Positions 48,618 to 59,618 of a stretch of DNA of 64,000 nt are shown here, piece by piece. Origin of the DNA: a virus. Taxonomy: Duplodnaviria; Heunggongvirae; Uroviricota; Caudoviricetes. Numbering within the stretch: the stretch's first letter is position 1; each line of letters begins with the position of its first letter. The notes under the pieces were generated by a model that had not been told where the DNA came from, did no database searches, and worked only from the letters and a program-made list of their open reading frames with translations. The DNA lies in IMG/VR virus record IMGVR_UViG_3300040801_001810, positions 38,194 through 102,193 of that record; one strand, written 5' to 3'. Position numbers and translations under genes: made by a program.

Positions 48618-50017
48618 TATTTACTCCTTAAAAGAAGAACATCCAATGCTCTTGATTTTTCTAACTCTGCGTTAGGTTCAGCATCAACAAAGACATCATA
48701 AGTTTTCTTAAGTATTAATGATACATCGCCAAAAGTTGATTGTGGTAAAACATAATTCTTAACAGCATTATAAATATAGTGACTCATTTTCCAAGAGAAG
48801 GGAACCCATTGTTGTGAATCAGCACCATACTCTAAAATCAATTCCATTCTTGAAGGCTTTACAAACCCATTCTGAATTACGCATTTGTACTCACCATTTT
48901 CAGGTATATTAGTCGTAGCTGGTTTAACAAATTTATAAGCTACATCTGTCCCATTTGAATTTGAATATATTTTTGATTGATTCCAATTAATCTTTGGTAA
49001 AAAGCCATTTGAATTGCTTTCAAAAGATACCATTATTTCATTCGTAAATGGAGCACTTGATGTAAATGGAATTGTTAATTTATATTTATGATTTCTTTGT
49101 CCAGGAGATACTGATGTAATATACTTGCCCTGTAAAGAATTTGGTATATCAATATAAAGCAGCTCTTCATCTTTAACAAAATGCTTACCAATAAACTTTT
49201 TAATTGCTAGAAGTTTACTCTCTTGTTCGTTATCTGGTATATATGTTCTTACAGATTCAAATTCACACCAACCAATACCAGTATTACTATTAGGATCATC
49301 TATCATCATATATTTATATGCATCCGTTGCAGATCTATCAGTAAGATCTACATGATGAGCTAATGGAATCCCGCTTATCTTCCAATGACTACCAAGTTCT
49401 AATATCTTATTATTAGGATATATCTTAAATGAGTTAGGCAAAACATCACTAGAGAAGAATATCTTAACATTACGAATATCGATTGGCTTAACTACTTTTG
49501 TATCATAGTTAAGAGTAAGTACTCTTCTTGTTTCTTCAATCTTTACATTACTTGAATCATCACTAAGATTATCTGCGCTAGAGAATGGATTGTCTGATGG
49601 AATAATTACTTCTCCATTAACTAATTTTCTATTCTTAATATATATAGAGTATACTTTTTGTTGAGTAGATGTTAGGTTCTCATATGTTCTTTGTCTTTGA
49701 CTAGAATTAAAATTAAGAAGATTATTAAGATCATTCTCAATTAATTTTTGCGCAGTATAAAGTTTATCTAGATCAATAGCTATATCTTCAATTAGTTTAT
49801 TAAATTGCTTAGAATCAGGATAATCTGTTCTACCTGGAATGTCAGATTTAGATGAAACTCTTCCTCCAATATAAGAAAATAGCCTATTTAATTCTTTAAA
49901 TAGAGATCGAAGAAAGGTTCTATCACTACTAATCCCCTCAGTTTTAAATCTTTTAATAACAGAGTTAGAGAAGTTTTCAAGATATTTTCTATTAATTTTA
50001 AAGAAGTAGTTTTTCAT
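48617..50017 (-). CDS. putative baseplate structural protein
   Basis: 466 aa; DSKQFNKLIEDIAIDLDKLY motif shared with neighbours. Confidence 0.65.
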   Translation of the reverse strand: MKNYFFKINRKYLENFSNSVIKRFKTEGISSDRTFLRSLFKELNRLFSYIGGRVSSKSDIPGRTDYPDSKQFNKLIEDIAIDLDKLYTAQKLIENDLNNLLNFNSSQRQRTYENLTSTQQKVYSIYIKNRKLVNGEVIIPSDNPFSSADNLSDDSSNVKIEETRRVLTLNYDTKVVKPIDIRNVKIFFSSDVLPNSFKIYPNNKILELGSHWKISGIPLAHHVDLTDRSATDAYKYMMIDDPNSNTGIGWCEFESVRTYIPDNEQESKLLAIKKFIGKHFVKDEELLYIDIPNSLQGKYITSVSPGQRNHKYKLTIPFTSSAPFTNEIMVSFESNSNGFLPKINWNQSKIYSNSNGTDVAYKFVKPATTNIPENGEYKCVIQNGFVKPSRMELILEYGADSQQWVPFSWKMSHYIYNAVKNYVLPQSTFGDVSLILKKTYDVFVDAEPNAELEKSRALDVLLLRSK

Positions 50018-50018
50018 A

Positions 50019-50777
50019 TTATCCTCTTAAGTACTGCCCATTTAATTTAGTAATAAAGTAATCAACTGTTGGAGTCATATATGCGTCTTTACCTTGATTA
50101 GCTTTCATTCTACATTTAATAGATACTTCCTTAGAGACAGTATAGCAATATATTTTAATTTGCTTTGCATCAAATTCATTTAAATTTTGGTTTGTGTATA
50201 TTCTATTACTAGATGGATCATAGTAAAATTCTTTATTCTGTTCAGGCATTAAACTAGTTAGATTGTAGTCTGTCTGTTGTCCATATACAGTTTTATCTGC
50301 TAGTATCTCTCCATTAATAGTTATTATAATTGGTGCACCAGTATACATTTTAATTGAGTCAGGTCTAGCAAATGTATTGGCATAGAAACCAAGCTCTTTA
50401 CCTCCTTCTTCTCTTAGAAGATCAGTTGGATCAAATGCTTTTTCTAGAAAATCATAGTAGTTACCAAAGTCCCACATTGGGGAAACAGCCCATTCAGCAT
50501 CATTAGTTCTATATATTCTATAAGGAAACCCTTGGTCGTCATACCAAAACCATTCTTTAGTTTCTGTATCGAATTTACTTAGATTAATAAAAGGAAATAT
50601 CAATTCATTATTACCATCAGTATTTTCTATTGATAGATTGATTACTGATGTTAGTCCATTTGGTCCTATCTCTAATGCTTTAAAATGTTCAGAACAATTA
50701 AAGATTTGCTTTACTGGAAGTTGATAGAATGGAATGAACACATGATTAAGTAAAACTGATTCTGGTAAATAATTCAT
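50019..50777 (-). CDS. putative baseplate structural protein
   Basis: 252 aa; C-terminal MTPTVDYFITKL like neighbouring paralogs. Confidence 0.6.
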   Translation of the reverse strand: MNYLPESVLLNHVFIPFYQLPVKQIFNCSEHFKALEIGPNGLTSVINLSIENTDGNNELIFPFINLSKFDTETKEWFWYDDQGFPYRIYRTNDAEWAVSPMWDFGNYYDFLEKAFDPTDLLREEGGKELGFYANTFARPDSIKMYTGAPIIITINGEILADKTVYGQQTDYNLTSLMPEQNKEFYYDPSSNRIYTNQNLNEFDAKQIKIYCYTVSKEVSIKCRMKANQGKDAYMTPTVDYFITKLNGQYLRG

Positions 50778-53038
50778 TATAGATTCCTAGTAATATTTAA
50801 TGGAGCAATATTTGCGTATGCGCTTAGAATACCAAGATCAGCATATCCGCCTGTGCCGCCCGCATAATGATTGTTTGCATCAATAATAGTAGAGCCAACC
50901 TTTGATTGACCTAAGTTAATTGTATTTGAAAAGTTATCATAGTTATTAGTAGAAGTAACATCTATAAGACTAATAATTTCATCAGCTATAAATATACATC
51001 TAGCAAAGTCAGTACCAAACCAAGTAGCTGCCTCACTTTTAGTAGCCAGAGAGCTAACTACAACAAAGTCTTCTTTTAATAATCTGCTAGTATTGCCAGA
51101 ATATCCAACATTTTCTATAAATGATTGTAGTGCCTCTTTTCTAGCAGATACGATACCAAATGATATTTTATTAAAACTACTCTCTTGAGAAGAAGGCTTA
51201 ATTGCTAATGAGTACAAGATAACAGAATTATTAAGTGCACAAGAATATCTTAGAACAAAATTAGCTCGTTCAGAATCTGTGATATCATGCATATATAATA
51301 GTCTACTATTAAGAAAAGATATTTTTGAATATATCTCTTCATTATATGTACCATTAGTATATATGCCAATTGTATCAGCAAGATAAGGATCAATAGGAAG
51401 ATCTAATAATATAAATGTTCCTGGTCCCCAGTCACTAAAGTTACTATAAGAACTAAGATCTATTTTATAGATTGGTTCTTTTCTTATATGATAATTATTT
51501 TCAACAATAGGAACATCCTTATTCTTAACATTAATATACCAGTTACATGTTGTAGGACCAGGAGTCTGTTGACTAGTAATTAATGATGCAGAAATTAATG
51601 CCTTATCATTAAGTTTATATCCAACTGAATCAAAGGCTGCTTCTTTTGTAACGTATCGTTCTCTCTTTGGTTCAATTGACCAAGATCCAACCTCAAATTT
51701 AACAGTGTTTTCAAATGAATACTCTACAATATTAACAGGTGGGAGAATAACTTTTTCTATCTCTTGTAGTATCTCTTCTATATTTCTTGTCTCTTCGATT
51801 AAAGTAACAATCTTATTATACAGAGATGTATTACTATCATTAATAGGAGTAGCTAGATTTTCATCTAGACTAGATCCAAACTTAATAAGTTCATATCTTC
51901 TATCACCCAAATCATTTTGTATTTTTGAGTCAACACTTGATTCTTTATTAGATGCCGAATCTAAGAAAGTATATTCTTCTTGATTAAATACTATTCGTAA
52001 TTGCTTGACTTTAATCTTTGTAATGTTATTAAACATTAGTAAATCAAATGATCGACCCCTTACAGAATAATTAGTAACATCCCATGTAGAAGGATTAGTA
52101 GTTAATAGTGGATCCTGAGCTACAAACTCAGCAACTTTCCACTCATCACTATCATTCTCTTTATATAATACTGCATCTATAGTAACTGCTTTATCACCAT
52201 AAGTATCTATATCCAATCTATTAATTTCATTTGGATAGTTATAATTAATATCAACAAGAGAAACTATACCTCTATAATTTCGATTAATGGGTACATCTGA
52301 CGAACCAATATTAACAATCATTAATGGAATTTCTGGACTTAGTACTTCTTCTTTCCATAGACCATTAGCTAGCATATCTTTTGGTCCACTATTAGAATAG
52401 TTATCCTCAAAAGTATTTAGAGTATTAGTTGTATGAATTATATTAGATCTATCGCTCTGTTCTGGATATGTTGTAGAAGAAACACTTTTAATAAGATATG
52501 ACTTATTCTGAATGTCTACCTCCAACGGATTTAAGTACATAAATCCGCTCTTTTTATCTATCCATATATTTCTAGTTAGATTTGCGCTAATATCTGTATA
52601 GAATGATTCATAGTATGATTCATCTGAAGGACTAGCATCATGTATAAAAGATCTAGTAAGATTAAGTTTATTCCAAAGATCTCTAATTCTCTTCTTAATA
52701 ATCAAGAAGTAATTCTTATTTCTTTGTAAGTTAAGAGATAATACTTTATCTACTAATTCAAGATCAGAATATAAAGAAGCTAGATCTATATATAGATTTT
52801 CAAACATATCATTAAGATCGTCTGATCTAACAACAGTTTTAGACTTAGCTATATATTTGCCTACGTTAAATAACATTCCTCCTATAGCATTAAATCTATC
52901 CATATAAGAAGAAATAACTGCATCTATAGCTTCTTCGGATCTAAGTAATTCCATATTGGAAACATCTCTAATATTTTGAGATATTATATTATTTTGGACA
53001 TTCTTAATGCTACTTTGAAAGTTAAAAGTTTGATTCAT
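50777..53038 (-). CDS. putative baseplate structural protein
   Basis: 753 aa; SDDLNDMFENLYIDLASLY motif. Confidence 0.65.
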   Translation of the reverse strand: MNQTFNFQSSIKNVQNNIISQNIRDVSNMELLRSEEAIDAVISSYMDRFNAIGGMLFNVGKYIAKSKTVVRSDDLNDMFENLYIDLASLYSDLELVDKVLSLNLQRNKNYFLIIKKRIRDLWNKLNLTRSFIHDASPSDESYYESFYTDISANLTRNIWIDKKSGFMYLNPLEVDIQNKSYLIKSVSSTTYPEQSDRSNIIHTTNTLNTFEDNYSNSGPKDMLANGLWKEEVLSPEIPLMIVNIGSSDVPINRNYRGIVSLVDINYNYPNEINRLDIDTYGDKAVTIDAVLYKENDSDEWKVAEFVAQDPLLTTNPSTWDVTNYSVRGRSFDLLMFNNITKIKVKQLRIVFNQEEYTFLDSASNKESSVDSKIQNDLGDRRYELIKFGSSLDENLATPINDSNTSLYNKIVTLIEETRNIEEILQEIEKVILPPVNIVEYSFENTVKFEVGSWSIEPKRERYVTKEAAFDSVGYKLNDKALISASLITSQQTPGPTTCNWYINVKNKDVPIVENNYHIRKEPIYKIDLSSYSNFSDWGPGTFILLDLPIDPYLADTIGIYTNGTYNEEIYSKISFLNSRLLYMHDITDSERANFVLRYSCALNNSVILYSLAIKPSSQESSFNKISFGIVSARKEALQSFIENVGYSGNTSRLLKEDFVVVSSLATKSEAATWFGTDFARCIFIADEIISLIDVTSTNNYDNFSNTINLGQSKVGSTIIDANNHYAGGTGGYADLGILSAYANIAPLNITRNL

Positions 53039-54978
53039 TATCTAAGCTCCATAATTTGTCCATTAAATTCACCAGATGAAGTAGGTAGAAGTACATAGTT
53101 AGTCCCAGCTGATATATATTTTCTAATAACTTTGTCTAGATAGTAATTAAACTCAGAGAGACCTTTCTTTTCAGCATCTGTATTATTTAAAAAGCCTTTA
53201 TAATGATTAATCCATTTTTGCTTTTCAATTTCTATTAATTCTACAGGAAGATGTATCATTACTATACTTCCATGCGGTAGAGCATCTCCATCGTAGTATC
53301 CGATATCAGCATACCATTGCTTTTCTTTACTATGTTCTCCAAGAAGAGATACAAACCACGAATCTAGTTGATTAAAATCATCTATGCCGCCAGCAGATCG
53401 TCTTGCGTCTGTAAGTTTTACTATGTCAGGACTAAGTCTATTAAGATCCAGATCACATATAGTAAAGAAGTCTGCTCCTGTCCACGATACACCTACTGTG
53501 TCCTCCTCACCAAGAGGCAATAAAGCGTAAGCTGTTCTAGATGCTTCGGCTACTGATGAATCGTATATATACGGATAATATGTTCCTGATGTTCCATCCC
53601 ATGGTTTAACTGCAATACCAAGACCGTCTCTATACCCAGAAATATGATATGAGCTGATAGAATCATTAACTTTTGGATTAAGCTCAAGGTTTTCTATTAG
53701 TATCCATCCGCTACTATCAAGATAAAATGATAATTCTATCTCGTCTGTTGGATCAATATCTTTATTAAGAGCAATAAATCCTTTCTTCCTATCTATAGAA
53801 GAAATCTTAATATCAGACCTAGTAACACCATTTACATCAATAGCCCAAGTTCCAGAAGGAGATGTATATAATAATGATTCTTTATCATATAGATCGACTG
53901 TATAGTTAGGGTACGTATAAATAGATTCATTAAGATAAATTGGTGCTTCTTTAACTTTCAGTATATTAGAATCAATTATTCTAGGAACTATATTAGTTAA
54001 AGGAATATATTCCCCAGATGTGTAATTATCTTCCATGTTATAAAATTTTTCAGTTGACCCAGTATAAAAACCAGAAGCCTCAAGGAAAGAACCTATATTC
54101 AGTCTAAGCTTCCATTGAGTTTCTTTATCAGTTAAATATGAATCTTGCCCTTTAATAGATATTAGATCTAGAGCATGAAGTCTTTTATAAGGGTCCTTAA
54201 CAATATGCAGAGGAGTTCCAGTATTCTGTATTGTGCTTGCTGGGGGAATAACTAGTCCAGAAGATGTAATACTAAAATCATTAATAGTATATATAGGTCT
54301 AATTTCTATAAGTTCTTTTTGATAAGAAGAAATATTATTAACTATCTTATTATATTCTATTGTATAGAATGTCTCTTTATTATAAAACTCATAAGGCAGA
54401 AGGACTCTAATCCTATGAGCACTTACCTGTCGGCTAGTGCTCCAAGTAGTAGAAGAGTATCTAGAGTTAGACTGACTAAGAAGATCGTAGCTATACTGTA
54501 TTTTATATTCTGTTGGTTTTAGTTTTGTCTCATTATTTTTGTATATGTTAACATTAACTATACCAGAAAGAGAAGAGTAGACGTCGAATAGTGGTTCATA
54601 TTGATAAAATAATGGTTTACCATTTTGCCCAGCTGAATTAAACTCTGTTACTAAATAATGTAATTTATAATTATATGAATTAGAATAAGGATAATGATAT
54701 ACTGGGTATAAGCCACTATTTTCATTGTAATAGATGGTTTCTACAATCTGATAGTCAGTTGTATTTTCATATATCTCTTCATCTCGTTTAATAAATGATA
54801 TAATTTTATTAGGACTAAACCCAGTATACTCTAGGGCAGCTATAGGAAAGTCGCCAGGATTGTATGGTGTATTTTCTACAACAAGATATGGATTATGTGT
54901 GTAAGGTTTACCAAAATTAACATAATAATCAGGAGATCCCACACCAACTACATTTCCTGTAATTGTAACAGTGCTCAT
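53038..54978 (-). CDS. putative baseplate/tail structural protein
   Basis: 646 aa; C-terminal DARRSAGG...DIGYYDG...IHLP...IRKYISAG, a pattern recalled from large-myovirus baseplate-region proteins (not search-verified). Confidence 0.65.
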   Translation of the reverse strand: MSTVTITGNVVGVGSPDYYVNFGKPYTHNPYLVVENTPYNPGDFPIAALEYTGFSPNKIISFIKRDEEIYENTTDYQIVETIYYNENSGLYPVYHYPYSNSYNYKLHYLVTEFNSAGQNGKPLFYQYEPLFDVYSSLSGIVNVNIYKNNETKLKPTEYKIQYSYDLLSQSNSRYSSTTWSTSRQVSAHRIRVLLPYEFYNKETFYTIEYNKIVNNISSYQKELIEIRPIYTINDFSITSSGLVIPPASTIQNTGTPLHIVKDPYKRLHALDLISIKGQDSYLTDKETQWKLRLNIGSFLEASGFYTGSTEKFYNMEDNYTSGEYIPLTNIVPRIIDSNILKVKEAPIYLNESIYTYPNYTVDLYDKESLLYTSPSGTWAIDVNGVTRSDIKISSIDRKKGFIALNKDIDPTDEIELSFYLDSSGWILIENLELNPKVNDSISSYHISGYRDGLGIAVKPWDGTSGTYYPYIYDSSVAEASRTAYALLPLGEEDTVGVSWTGADFFTICDLDLNRLSPDIVKLTDARRSAGGIDDFNQLDSWFVSLLGEHSKEKQWYADIGYYDGDALPHGSIVMIHLPVELIEIEKQKWINHYKGFLNNTDAEKKGLSEFNYYLDKVIRKYISAGTNYVLLPTSSGEFNGQIMELR

Positions 54979-54990
54979 TATCTTTCCTTA

Positions 54991-55413
54991 TTAAATATCA
55001 CTATCTTGAAAGTACTTTGGTGTTATGTTAAGGATGTCTCCGCTTGTTTTTGGACCAGCTAGATTAAGAGGATATAACTCTGTCCATAAAGCATCATTAC
55101 CAGATATAGTAGTACTAACAAAATATCCATTCACGCTTGACCAAGTACCTGAAGCGTTAAAGACTACGTTGTCGCCTTGTATATAAGGACTTACACCTGA
55201 GTTTACAAGCCATGTAGTACATAACTGGCGAGCATATCCTACTCCAGATACTTCAGTAATACCAGAGGCTGTTGGCAATTGATATGTTTCTGCTGGTCTA
55301 GTAGTATTAGTTAGAAGTCCAACGTAAACTCCACTAGTAACAGTAGCAATATAATTTTTAATTGCGTCAAGAATAAATACTTGACCATTTTGTAATAAAA
55401 TACCACTTGCCAT
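54991..55413 (-). CDS. phage tail-fibre-associated small structural protein
   Basis: YVGLLT..P...TEVSGVGYARQ...VVFNASGTW...SGD pattern common in phage tail modules. Confidence 0.75.
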   Translation of the reverse strand: MASGILLQNGQVFILDAIKNYIATVTSGVYVGLLTNTTRPAETYQLPTASGITEVSGVGYARQLCTTWLVNSGVSPYIQGDNVVFNASGTWSSVNGYFVSTTISGNDALWTELYPLNLAGPKTSGDILNITPKYFQDSDI

Positions 55414-55422
55414 TTAGTCTCC

Positions 55423-55800
55423 TTAGTATTCTAGTATTGGCTCTAATGCCACTAAGTCATTGGCGCTCAGTAACTTAGCCATGCTATCAGATGTTTTAAA
55501 TTTATTATTAATTGGTAACTCTATATCTTTATTAAACAATTCATCTACTTTGGCAAAAAGTTCTGGAGTTTTGCTTTTATCTTCCATCTGAGGAATATTA
55601 CCATCCCATCCAGTAACACCGTAATTGGTAAACATATCGTCTCTAACTTTAAATATTAAAGTAGCCTCTTCTCTAATATGTTTAATTACCTTAGCCAGTG
55701 CTATTGTATCAGATATTGAATCAAGCGTTATATTACTTAGTTTATTTAGCGCTTCTCCAAATGACTTATCAAAAATCAAATTTGTTTTAATTGTAACCAT
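55423..55800 (-). CDS. phage protein (DUF1617-like, possible tail-fibre chaperone)
   Basis: ALNKL...IALAKVIKHI...ELFNKDIEL...LSANDLVALEPI; AAGGAG RBS favours ATG 55800. Confidence 0.6.
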   Translation of the reverse strand: MVTIKTNLIFDKSFGEALNKLSNITLDSISDTIALAKVIKHIREEATLIFKVRDDMFTNYGVTGWDGNIPQMEDKSKTPELFAKVDELFNKDIELPINNKFKTSDSMAKLLSANDLVALEPILEY

Positions 55801-55886
55801 TCGCATCTCCTTATAGTATAAGTATATTAAAATTTTCGCTATACAGCGATTTAAATATAGTATAATTCTTTGTTCATCAATAACTA

Positions 55887-58628
55887 TTAATATAATGTAT
55901 TAACAGACCCACCCGAATCTTTATATACAAGGGCACTTTGTGTAGTAGAATAATATATTGAATTATTAACAGCACCAGCATCAGTTAGTTCGACTGGTTG
56001 TATACTTCCGTCGCCTCTAATTAACATACCTGTGGCACGACTTTCATATATTTTAAAATGGTCTTCCACTGGTTTAATACCAATAGTAGGAGCATACGTT
56101 CTACTAATTTTTACATAATAACCACTAGCTATGTCTGATGCTACCTCTGCTGTTTCTCCAGCAGCCCATGCTCCAGGAGCATTAAATGATATTTGACCAG
56201 GTTGTTGGAAGCCATTTGTACCATCTGATAGTATTGTAAGGGTAGCCCATGTACCATCACCAGTAGAATACTGAAAAGTAGGAACAATGCTTTTAGAACT
56301 ATTAGTTGCTAAGTCTACCTCGATTAATTCAAATGTACCAGAGGCTCCAATTAAAATATAATCATTTACAGCATTAAATAAAGTAATATCATCAGAGCTA
56401 GCCTCTAAGAAGGCAGTTCCTGAAGTAGGAGTACCAGTAACTCTATCATATACATTACCAGTAGCATCAGTTATATTATAGCCAAAATCAGGATCTATTG
56501 GCTGTGCTCCTTGTACTTCTAGCGCATTAGAAAAGCCAGGTAATACTTTATATGCTGTGGTTGTAATAGAAGAACCGTTGGCTATTCTTGCTAGATATGC
56601 TGAAACTTCAGTAGTACTATCTCCAGTAGCCTCGGTTGTTACAACTCTAGATACTATTCCATTACCAATAAGTCCTGAACCTAGAGGACCACTTAAATAT
56701 TCAGAATATATTGAGGTTATATTACCATAACCATTTGCCTCTGCTTCAAAAAAGCCTCCACGAAGAAGATTTGCTCCAGCTTCTAATTCAACCTCAAATA
56801 AATTATTAGTATAATTATTACCTTTCCAATCTACAGAATGTAAGTCAAAGTGGCCGCTATTACTTAACATAAATTCCATATGATATCCATCACCAATTAC
56901 AACTTGAGGATGCTCGATAATATAATAACCAAAATTAGAAATGTCAAAATCCCAACCCATAGTGTGTAAAATAGCATTACCAGAATCTATGACATCAGTA
57001 ATTTCTGCCATTGCTCCTTGATATTCACCAGTTCTAATTATAATCCATTTTCCTAAATATCCAGAATTAAACACTCCACTTGGATCAGTCATTAAAGCAT
57101 CATAAGTTCCACCAGTATAATCATAACTGGCAAGATTAGAAGAAAGATCAGCGTCAACAACTAGTCCTTCTTCAGGCCATAACATTAAGCTTCCTCCGCC
57201 AACGATTGCGTCAGATCTAATACCATTGGATGTATAAATTCTACCATTAGCTTGTACATATGCTTGGGCAACACCTGAACTATTAACCCATGTTTGTAAA
57301 TGGCTTACCTGACCAGAAGCACCTACCACAGACATAGGAACTTCGTTAGTAGCAAGTGAAAGAACTTGTAGATTACCAGAGGATATTATATTATTATCAA
57401 AAAGAAACGTATGCTCATCTTCTAACCATGTTAAAGTTCCAGAAGAATTATATCCAATAAAAGAAAGACCATAATCAACTCCATTACTGCCTATTCCTAC
57501 GCTTAACGCATTACTAGCAATAACAGTTCCGCCTTCTAGATAGATATCTTTACTACTATTTGTATCTATTCTTAAAGTTCCATCGGCTTGAGCATAAAAT
57601 AGACCAAAGTTTGTATTATCATATGCTAAACATAATTGAGCAGTTCCATCATCCTGAATCTGCAATACGCCTTGGTTTGGAGTACAATTGATACCAACCC
57701 AGCCATCACCATCAACCTTAATCCCTTTTGAATTACTCCCAGCACTAGAGATTACCTGGTTTCCTAGTGCTATTCCACTACCAGTAGTAAGCTTATCTAC
57801 AGTTAGTAGTGTTCCGCTAACGGTTACGTTATCAACAAAGCTAAAGGGGGATCCAGCAAAGTATGATTGACTGGACATGACAAATTGTTGTTCTACTGTT
57901 TCATTAAATATGTCAAAGGTATTAATAGCAAATTCGCCATTAACAGTATCATTACCATGGTATGTTTTAATTCTAGAACCAACATAAACTGCGCCTTCAG
58001 ATGTTTCTTCAAGAGCAAAGTCAAGAGCAACACCAAGACCAGCTCCAGGAGAACTAGTAGATGCTCGTGCTAATACTAATGCAGTCTTAACATCATTAAT
58101 CCCATCTTCAATACCAATCTGTAATGCACCACTTTGGTTATATAATTGGTCTCCAATAAATACTGTATCTGCATCTTGATATATTAAACTATCTGTTAAT
58201 GTTCCTGAAGAAGTCCATAGAGGAAGATAATTTAAGGTTCCAGACCCAAAGGAACCAATAGCTCCTATGTCAGAAAGAACTTCAGCAGCAGTTCTGTATT
58301 GAATAAAACCACCAGAATGAACTAGAAATGCATCAACATTAACTGGGCAAGCATCAGCAGTTAATTTTAAATTACCATGAATGTTGGCATAAAGTCCACT
58401 ATCGGATATAATAGAATTACGAAGTGTAGTTCCTCCCCATTTAGATAGATATCCAGAAGTCATTATAGATGGATCATATAAATTAAAATACACTATACCA
58501 GAATTAGAAGTCATATATCTCATTAAACCAGAGTCAGTATCGTATACAGTTTCTCTAGGTCTTTGCTTCAAGTTACACTGGGCAGTAGTGCCTTCATATC
58601 CTAAGTAAATACCTGAATAGCTAGCCAT
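55887..58628 (-). CDS. tail fibre protein
   Basis: 913 aa, G/S/T rich; repeated SG(Y/T)L..W...TL.(N/D)S.I units; DGWVGINCTP..LQI fibre motif. Confidence 0.75.
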   Translation of the reverse strand: MASYSGIYLGYEGTTAQCNLKQRPRETVYDTDSGLMRYMTSNSGIVYFNLYDPSIMTSGYLSKWGGTTLRNSIISDSGLYANIHGNLKLTADACPVNVDAFLVHSGGFIQYRTAAEVLSDIGAIGSFGSGTLNYLPLWTSSGTLTDSLIYQDADTVFIGDQLYNQSGALQIGIEDGINDVKTALVLARASTSSPGAGLGVALDFALEETSEGAVYVGSRIKTYHGNDTVNGEFAINTFDIFNETVEQQFVMSSQSYFAGSPFSFVDNVTVSGTLLTVDKLTTGSGIALGNQVISSAGSNSKGIKVDGDGWVGINCTPNQGVLQIQDDGTAQLCLAYDNTNFGLFYAQADGTLRIDTNSSKDIYLEGGTVIASNALSVGIGSNGVDYGLSFIGYNSSGTLTWLEDEHTFLFDNNIISSGNLQVLSLATNEVPMSVVGASGQVSHLQTWVNSSGVAQAYVQANGRIYTSNGIRSDAIVGGGSLMLWPEEGLVVDADLSSNLASYDYTGGTYDALMTDPSGVFNSGYLGKWIIIRTGEYQGAMAEITDVIDSGNAILHTMGWDFDISNFGYYIIEHPQVVIGDGYHMEFMLSNSGHFDLHSVDWKGNNYTNNLFEVELEAGANLLRGGFFEAEANGYGNITSIYSEYLSGPLGSGLIGNGIVSRVVTTEATGDSTTEVSAYLARIANGSSITTTAYKVLPGFSNALEVQGAQPIDPDFGYNITDATGNVYDRVTGTPTSGTAFLEASSDDITLFNAVNDYILIGASGTFELIEVDLATNSSKSIVPTFQYSTGDGTWATLTILSDGTNGFQQPGQISFNAPGAWAAGETAEVASDIASGYYVKISRTYAPTIGIKPVEDHFKIYESRATGMLIRGDGSIQPVELTDAGAVNNSIYYSTTQSALVYKDSGGSVNTLY

Positions 58629-59139
58629 TGTTTTCCACCTTCTTCATATATCTTTCGATTCCATACGATGCTAAGAGAGCTTCATCTCGTTCTACTACGT
58701 AAGAACTATCATAACAATCGGAGTCAAAATAATTAACCTTTTTAACTCTAATGATTTTTCTAAACCACCAACGAATATCTTCTAGATTTCGTTGTTTCTT
58801 TTCTGGATATAAAGACTTAAAAAAATCAGTACAACCATTAACATATAACATCATTTCATCTGGAGTTCCAGAGGGGTGCTTCTTAAAATAAGGAAGACCA
58901 TTTTCTATTATTTTAGGAAAAGCGAATAGCTCAATATCACAATCAATGTAAAATAAATTAGGATTAGAGCAACATAAATCTAATATGTAATCGTGTCGAT
59001 CTTTTATAATATCTGAAACTGGCCTACGTTTATTTATTTTATATGAGTGTCCAAGACTAGTTACTATTTTCTTAGTCCCAGCCATCCTCATCTTCGTAGC
59101 TTCCGATAATCGACCGTGTGTCACTTGTATGATTTCCAT
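58621..59139 (-). CDS. small GT32-like DxD glycosyltransferase (paralog B)
   Basis: PNLFYIDCDIE, PYF, YVN..FFK, EK.QRN, KIIR.KKVN; start MEIIQ after GAGAGG. Confidence 0.6.
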   Translation of the reverse strand: MEIIQVTHGRLSEATKMRMAGTKKIVTSLGHSYKINKRRPVSDIIKDRHDYILDLCCSNPNLFYIDCDIELFAFPKIIENGLPYFKKHPSGTPDEMMLYVNGCTDFFKSLYPEKKQRNLEDIRWWFRKIIRVKKVNYFDSDCYDSSYVVERDEALLASYGIERYMKKVENNG

Positions 59140-59617
59140 GAATAAGTGCCTCTCTTGCAGTAGATGTAAATCTAAAATGCATATATAATTCTGTATCAAT
59201 AATATTAACTTTCTTAGTTCTTATTATTTTAATTGGCCACCCAAATACAGTTTGAATATTTCTTTGTTCTTTTTCTTTAAATATATCTTTAAAGAATTTC
59301 ATATTTTCATTAACATAAAAAAGACAATGATTAACTTTGCCATGAGCAGTTCCAAAGTATGGTTGGCCGTCTTTAAAGTCAAATTTAGGAACTTCATTAA
59401 AAACAATATCGTCATCTATATATAACATGTTAGGTCTTTTACATGCTAGCTCGTTACGTAAGGTATCAGTAGTTATAATTGGGTGTTCGTTTTCAACTTC
59501 AGGAATAAAAATACGCTCATAGTTAGGAAACATTTCTCTAATTTGGTCCATACAGTATTCGTAATTTCTAAAATTAGCTCCTTTATCTCCACACCAAATT
59601 TGGACTGTTTCCAACAT
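59072..59617 (-). CDS. small GT32-like DxD glycosyltransferase (paralog A)
   Basis: VQIWCG, YCMDQIREMFPNYE, TDTLR, PNMLYIDDDI; start MLETV at 59617. Confidence 0.7.
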   Translation of the reverse strand: MLETVQIWCGDKGANFRNYEYCMDQIREMFPNYERIFIPEVENEHPIITTDTLRNELACKRPNMLYIDDDIVFNEVPKFDFKDGQPYFGTAHGKVNHCLFYVNENMKFFKDIFKEKEQRNIQTVFGWPIKIIRTKKVNIIDTELYMHFRFTSTAREALIHGNHTSDTRSIIGSYEDEDGWD

Positions 59618-59618
59618 A

